A stretch of 55,450 nucleotides of DNA, filler included, from Sphacelaria rigidula (Eukaryota), in assembly GCA_964200075.2 (NCBI GenBank). It is 3 parts of 3 records of this genome, joined end to end, with 100 filler letters (N's around TTAATTAATTAA, not from the genome) between each part and the next. Parts side by side here need not be neighbours in the genome. Positions count along the whole stretch, not along the records: positions 37,038 to 55,450 come from CAXNAA020000864.1; 2 more parts are not named here. One strand, 5' to 3'. Below, one piece after another: positions 51,089-55,450 of this stretch. Position 1 is the first letter of the stretch. Each line of letters begins with the position of its first letter. Both the position numbers and the translations under genes were made by a program. The notes below the pieces were generated by a model, which saw only the letters and a program-made list of their open reading frames with translations, searched no databases and was not told the origin of the DNA.

Positions 51089-52347
51089 TTACGCCTTGCA
51101 CGCGGCGGCCCACATAAGATTGAAGCTGCAGGAGAGCCCCACCTGGTATTAAAAATAATAACGACACACGCGCGCACAGAACAAAAAAAAAGTATATGTT
51201 ACATTTTTACCGCGGAGTTGCACCTTTCGGATATTACAATTTTGTTATGGTAAATGTACCCTGTTCTACGATGCCTTGAACTAAACGATCATGTACCAGC
51301 TCCATGTGCGTTCCCAGCTATTGCTTACAATACTCAAGGGGTACCGCATGTATGTAGATGGTGGAAAGCCTTTTCCTGTATACCCTTCTGCCGTGTTTCG
51401 TTTTTTCAAGAAGGGTGGCAAAAGATATCCACGATAGTTTGTCAAAGTCGACGTTCTACATACGTGTTCTCGTTCCGTGCAAGCACTCGATGCAGCAATT
51501 CACTCACGGCATAGATGCCCGAGCGAATGAAGGAGGCGGTGTGGCTCTTGATCAGAATGTATGCAGGATTGTATCTAACGGAACGTGCAGCGAGGGCGGC
51601 AAAGTAGGGCAAGGATCGAGGCACCGACGCGGTGGCTGAGGTCTCAATACAGTATTGTCCTCAGCTATCACCACGGGGATCGTGCATTATATGTGGCGCC
51701 AAGTGAGCGCGAAGGGGGCATTCTTCCACGTATATAGGTTGAACTATTTCAGTGTAGTTGTGATAGAGAATGCGTCAATCGCATGTTTCGGCGAGAACAT
51801 TACGGCGGAAGCAGACAATGTGTTACGTGTGAGGAAAACGACGTACCACATGAAATATTACCATGCATCGGACAAAGGGCATCTCGGGACTTCACGGGTC
51901 GATCGATTCCGGTAAAATCAGCAATGTGTACACGAGATTCGGCGCTACGGTTTATTAATACAAAAACAGCTCATCTGGCAAACCCAAAGACCCGAAATAT
52001 TTCAAGCAACATCCTCGGAGGTACATCACATTGAATAGGCACAAAATTGCACCCGTGTTCGCGCCTGGTTCACCGTGCTACAACAGAGGAGGGCCATGCG
52101 AAATTGTTGAGAAGGATGCACGTGACTCCGAATCACCACCTACATGGCGTCGTTCAGGTCCAGTACTCACGGGTCGAACACACCAAGATCCATCACTCAC
52201 AAGATTCTGCTTCCAAGCCAGATTGTGGCCACACTGTTCATCTTGTCAGACTCCACGTCCATAACGCGAGCAAGCAAAATGGCTGCCACCCAAATGTTCA
52301 TGCCCTCCCAACCGTTCTTGTGCGCTGCGATTGCTCGGCGAGTGTAC
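51089..52347 (-). CDS. MAPEG-family membrane protein, last three exons
   Basis: Exons 52347-52201, 51574-51508 and 51142-51089 splice in phase to YTRRAIAAHKNGWEGMNIWVAAILLARVMDVESDKMNSVATIWLGSRILYNPAYILIKSHTASFIRSGIYAVGLSCSFNLMWAAACKA*. This fits the MAPEG pattern RAxxAHxNxxE...SRxLYxxAYI...RS. Upstream exons were not resolved. Confidence 0.8.
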
Positions 52348-52674
52348 CTGAAGGACAGCATGCAAAACGTGGTTTATAATGTGGATCGGGGCCCGAGCCT
52401 TGTTGATCTACGCGATCGATCGTGTTTATCGCAGACGGAGACAACCGCAGAAGCAAGTATTGCGGGCAAGCATCTTCCGGGAGCCACACTTACAACTTGG
52501 CTGGTGGACGATTGCATCACTGCACTGCACTGCATCGCACCGCACGGGCTCTCGTTGTCCACAATACATTACTTCAGTTCGCAGCACACCACCAGCGCCA
52601 TGAAAATGACACTTTGAACAAGCGGCTCCGGATCTCTGAACATTTTTCGGAGTACTTCACTCGACTAGTTGCCC

Positions 52675-52720
52675 AGCATTAGCATTAGCATTAGCATTAG
52701 CATTAGCATTAGCATTAGCA
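52675..52720. repeat. (AGCATT)7 microsatellite
   Basis: Perfect hexamer run. Confidence 0.95.
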
Positions 52721-53878
52721 CTGTCCTTTCTGCTCCATGGTTTCGTGTCCTGGAACAGCTCACAGTGCAGTGCGCTTTAGATAGGTTGCCGGCATCAAGA
52801 AACAAGTGAGGAAGAGGTTGGGTGGGTACGGCAAGATGACAAACCCGCTGGCTGCCCAGTGATACTGTGGCGGAGCTGTTGAGAAATACATAATACCTTT
52901 GACTAAGGCCATCAGTTGACTACTTCAGTATACAACGTATTGACGATTCTAGACGCACGTGTCATGTCTGACCTTGTGGCACAAACACTGTTATACAAGC
53001 TGGGCCGGCCTAGACGCGGAGTTAATCTCTCAAAGCAACATGTCATCTACGAGTTGGGCAAAGCAACATGTCGTCTACGAGTTGGGCCGTGATCCGCATA
53101 TCGTATTGATCATCTGATCAAGAGAAAAGTGTCCATGTGCTCACAAGTCTGGGCAATTTCCTTCTCGTTAATTAAACTCCATGTCTAGCAATTCCTATAC
53201 CGTACGGATAGAATGTACATACTAAAGTCTATATGAAACGCCGAACGGTATATACAGCGGATGATGACGATTTTTGGTGTGGACATTCCCTGGAGCACGG
53301 TGGAACGATCGATACCCTCACATTTGCCTCATTCGTTTCCTATCTTGAGATATGGCGCACATAGGGTTCCATACAAAAATCTACATATTTCGAGCAGGGG
53401 CACTAAATGCACCAAATCTGAATATCGCGTCTCAGTTTTCAAGAGTCATGCTTTGAAATTTCGTATTATGGAGAATCGCTACTCGTAGTGCATCATGAAC
53501 AAAAAAACAACTTTCCCCCTCCTTTTCCCCCCCTTTTTTTGTTATTTCAGGGGAGTTTCAAGGAAAAATGAACAATGCTTTCGGACCTCATCTCAGTTTC
53601 TCAGCTCAAAATTTGGAATTGTGATCTGAAGCTCATCATAAAGAATCGCGAAGGCATGGCGAAGAATACAGGAAACGGGCCTTCAATTTTTGTTTTGGAG
53701 AGGTATGGACGTTCTCGCGAAAATATGGTCTTCACTGTGGTAAAAGGTCCCGAACAAGACAAGAAAAAAAATCAACCTCTCCCATTATTCTTGGTTAACT
53801 ACGGTCAAGCGAGGTCCCACACAAATATTCAAAGGACAAGCACTAAACCTTGGCCGTTAGATGGCCTGGAAAATTTTG

Positions 53879-54135
53879 CACGGTCAGGACAAATCATCAC
53901 GACTCAAAATCACCAAATTCACGATTTCTTCTGCCTCATTGCCCGAAAGGGAGGGAAAAGTTTACCGCTGGTCCAAGGGGTGTCCCCCGCAACTTTTGCG
54001 CCATTCCACGCGTCTGGGCTGCGTGTACCTGGGTTGTAACGCTGGAATGAGTCATGGGGGTTTATTCATCACGAGCCAACTTATTATACTAAAACCAAGT
54101 AATTTCCTGACGAATCATTATTTGTCCTAACCGTG
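53879..54135 (+). repeat. Dispersed ~255-bp repeat with short inverted ends (also ~35858-36112 and 49409-49572)
   Basis: cacggt(c/t)aggac(a/g)aatcatcacga...tatactaaaaccaagtaattt... is found three times. Confidence 0.8.
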
Positions 54136-55450
54136 AAATCTTGATCCAAAACTCGCCCGGCCCGGTTTCTAAATCGCCCGGTCTATCCTCAATTTCGAGA
54201 GTTGGATTTTCAAATTTGGAACGGAGGAAGAATTTGGGCATGCTAGAACTAAATCGAACGGGACACTACGTTGTTTTTCTTCGTGAGTTAGTGGCAATAA
54301 TCAGTACCTAGCTTTTACGAAAATGCCGCTAACTCACGAAAAAAAAAAAGTGCCCCCATCGACTTTTTTTAGCATGCCCTATTATTTCTCCGTGCCAAAT
54401 TTGAAAGTCCAAATCTCAAAATTGAGGTGAGGAGAGGTCTGCAAACCACAATCTCGCTTCCAGGCCGGCCCAGCTCGTACTGAAATAGATTATCTCCGAA
54501 GATGAGGTTGAACATCAAAATGAGCTTCAATTCCAGAACAGAGCTAAAAACGTCCACTATTTCACCCCAAAATCAAGGCAAAAAGTGATTTCGCACATAT
54601 TGTTCGGGGGAAGAGAAGACTGGAAACCCCCCAAATTAAATTTCAGGGAGGTCGAGGGACATGAGGTCGGTCATTCATATAAAAAGTCAGTCGTCATGCC
54701 TTTAGGATAGGGAAAGCACTGTCGTGGGGTTGAAAATAATTTTCATGTTCAACCCCATTTTCGAAGCATGCATGCAGCATGATCTTACTTCAACCATTCC
54801 CTCACGAGACATCCTGTGATGTAAAGCCTGGTTTGTCTCACTATTCTCGCGATTAAACCTTATCCTGCAAGGAGGGGAAGGGCGCCTTGGTTCTCAACAT
54901 TCCAGAGTACCGATACCCTTGACTGGACACGAAAAAACGTTCACATTGATTGATTGATTGAAAGCTCCACATTCGCTCATCTCCCAGGGATCCAGCCGTG
55001 GTCTCATAATAGACGTACCCGACATGTAAAAAAAACACGGAAACGCTCGCTGAACGAAAGTGAAGGAAGCAGAGAGGTAGAACAGACAGAGTAGACTTGA
55101 AGAAGGAAAGAAAAAAAGAAAAAGGAACACACACGACAGAGACATGAACAAAAACAAAAAAACTATAAATACCCAGCCTGTCCAACATGGCTTCAGGTGG
55201 AAAAGGTATCGCACAAGATCACATGCACGTATGTATACCCAATCGAAGATGAAAAAAGCGGTGGGAACAGATTGCGCCTCGTCCGTTCGGGTCAAACTAT
55301 TTTTGGTTTGAGCTATAACCCATGAACCATACAGAATCGAGGCACCAAACTGCGACTTGTATACACCGGGGGGGAGGGGGTACTCATGATCATGCATGCC
55401 ATAGTCATAAGACCATAGACCTCGCATCCCTACAAAGCCGGGACGGAGCA

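Overview
This is eukaryotic, intron-rich and repeat-dense nuclear DNA. Short exons, GTGAG/GTACG/GTAAG donors, roughly balanced GC and the gene types suggest a brown alga or other ochrophyte (inference). Two artificial 100-nt N-linkers containing TTAATTAATTAA divide the window into three contigs, and almost every ORF in the supplied track is spurious. Manual splicing recovers five genes: (1) a 13-exon minus-strand tandem CCCH zinc-finger (Tis11/TTP-like) gene of about 543 aa at 3708-14686, including a probable GC-AG intron; (2) an orphan 5' exon of a homocysteine S-methyltransferase; (3) the N-terminal half of a protein kinase, cut off by a gap; (4) an uncharacterised gene of about 9 exons with coiled-coil, MIU-like and basic-tail features; (5) the last three exons of a MAPEG membrane protein. 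The rest is mostly non-autonomous mobile DNA. The most notable elements are five TGT...ACA elements with 37-bp TIRs, 5-bp TSDs and an internal telomere-like (CCCTAA)n tract, and chains of ~100-bp piggyBac-like elements joined through shared TTAA sites. There are also hAT-, Harbinger-, mariner- and CACTA-like MITEs, a tRNA-derived SINE and several decayed coding relics. No CRISPR array, rRNA or intact transposase was seen.
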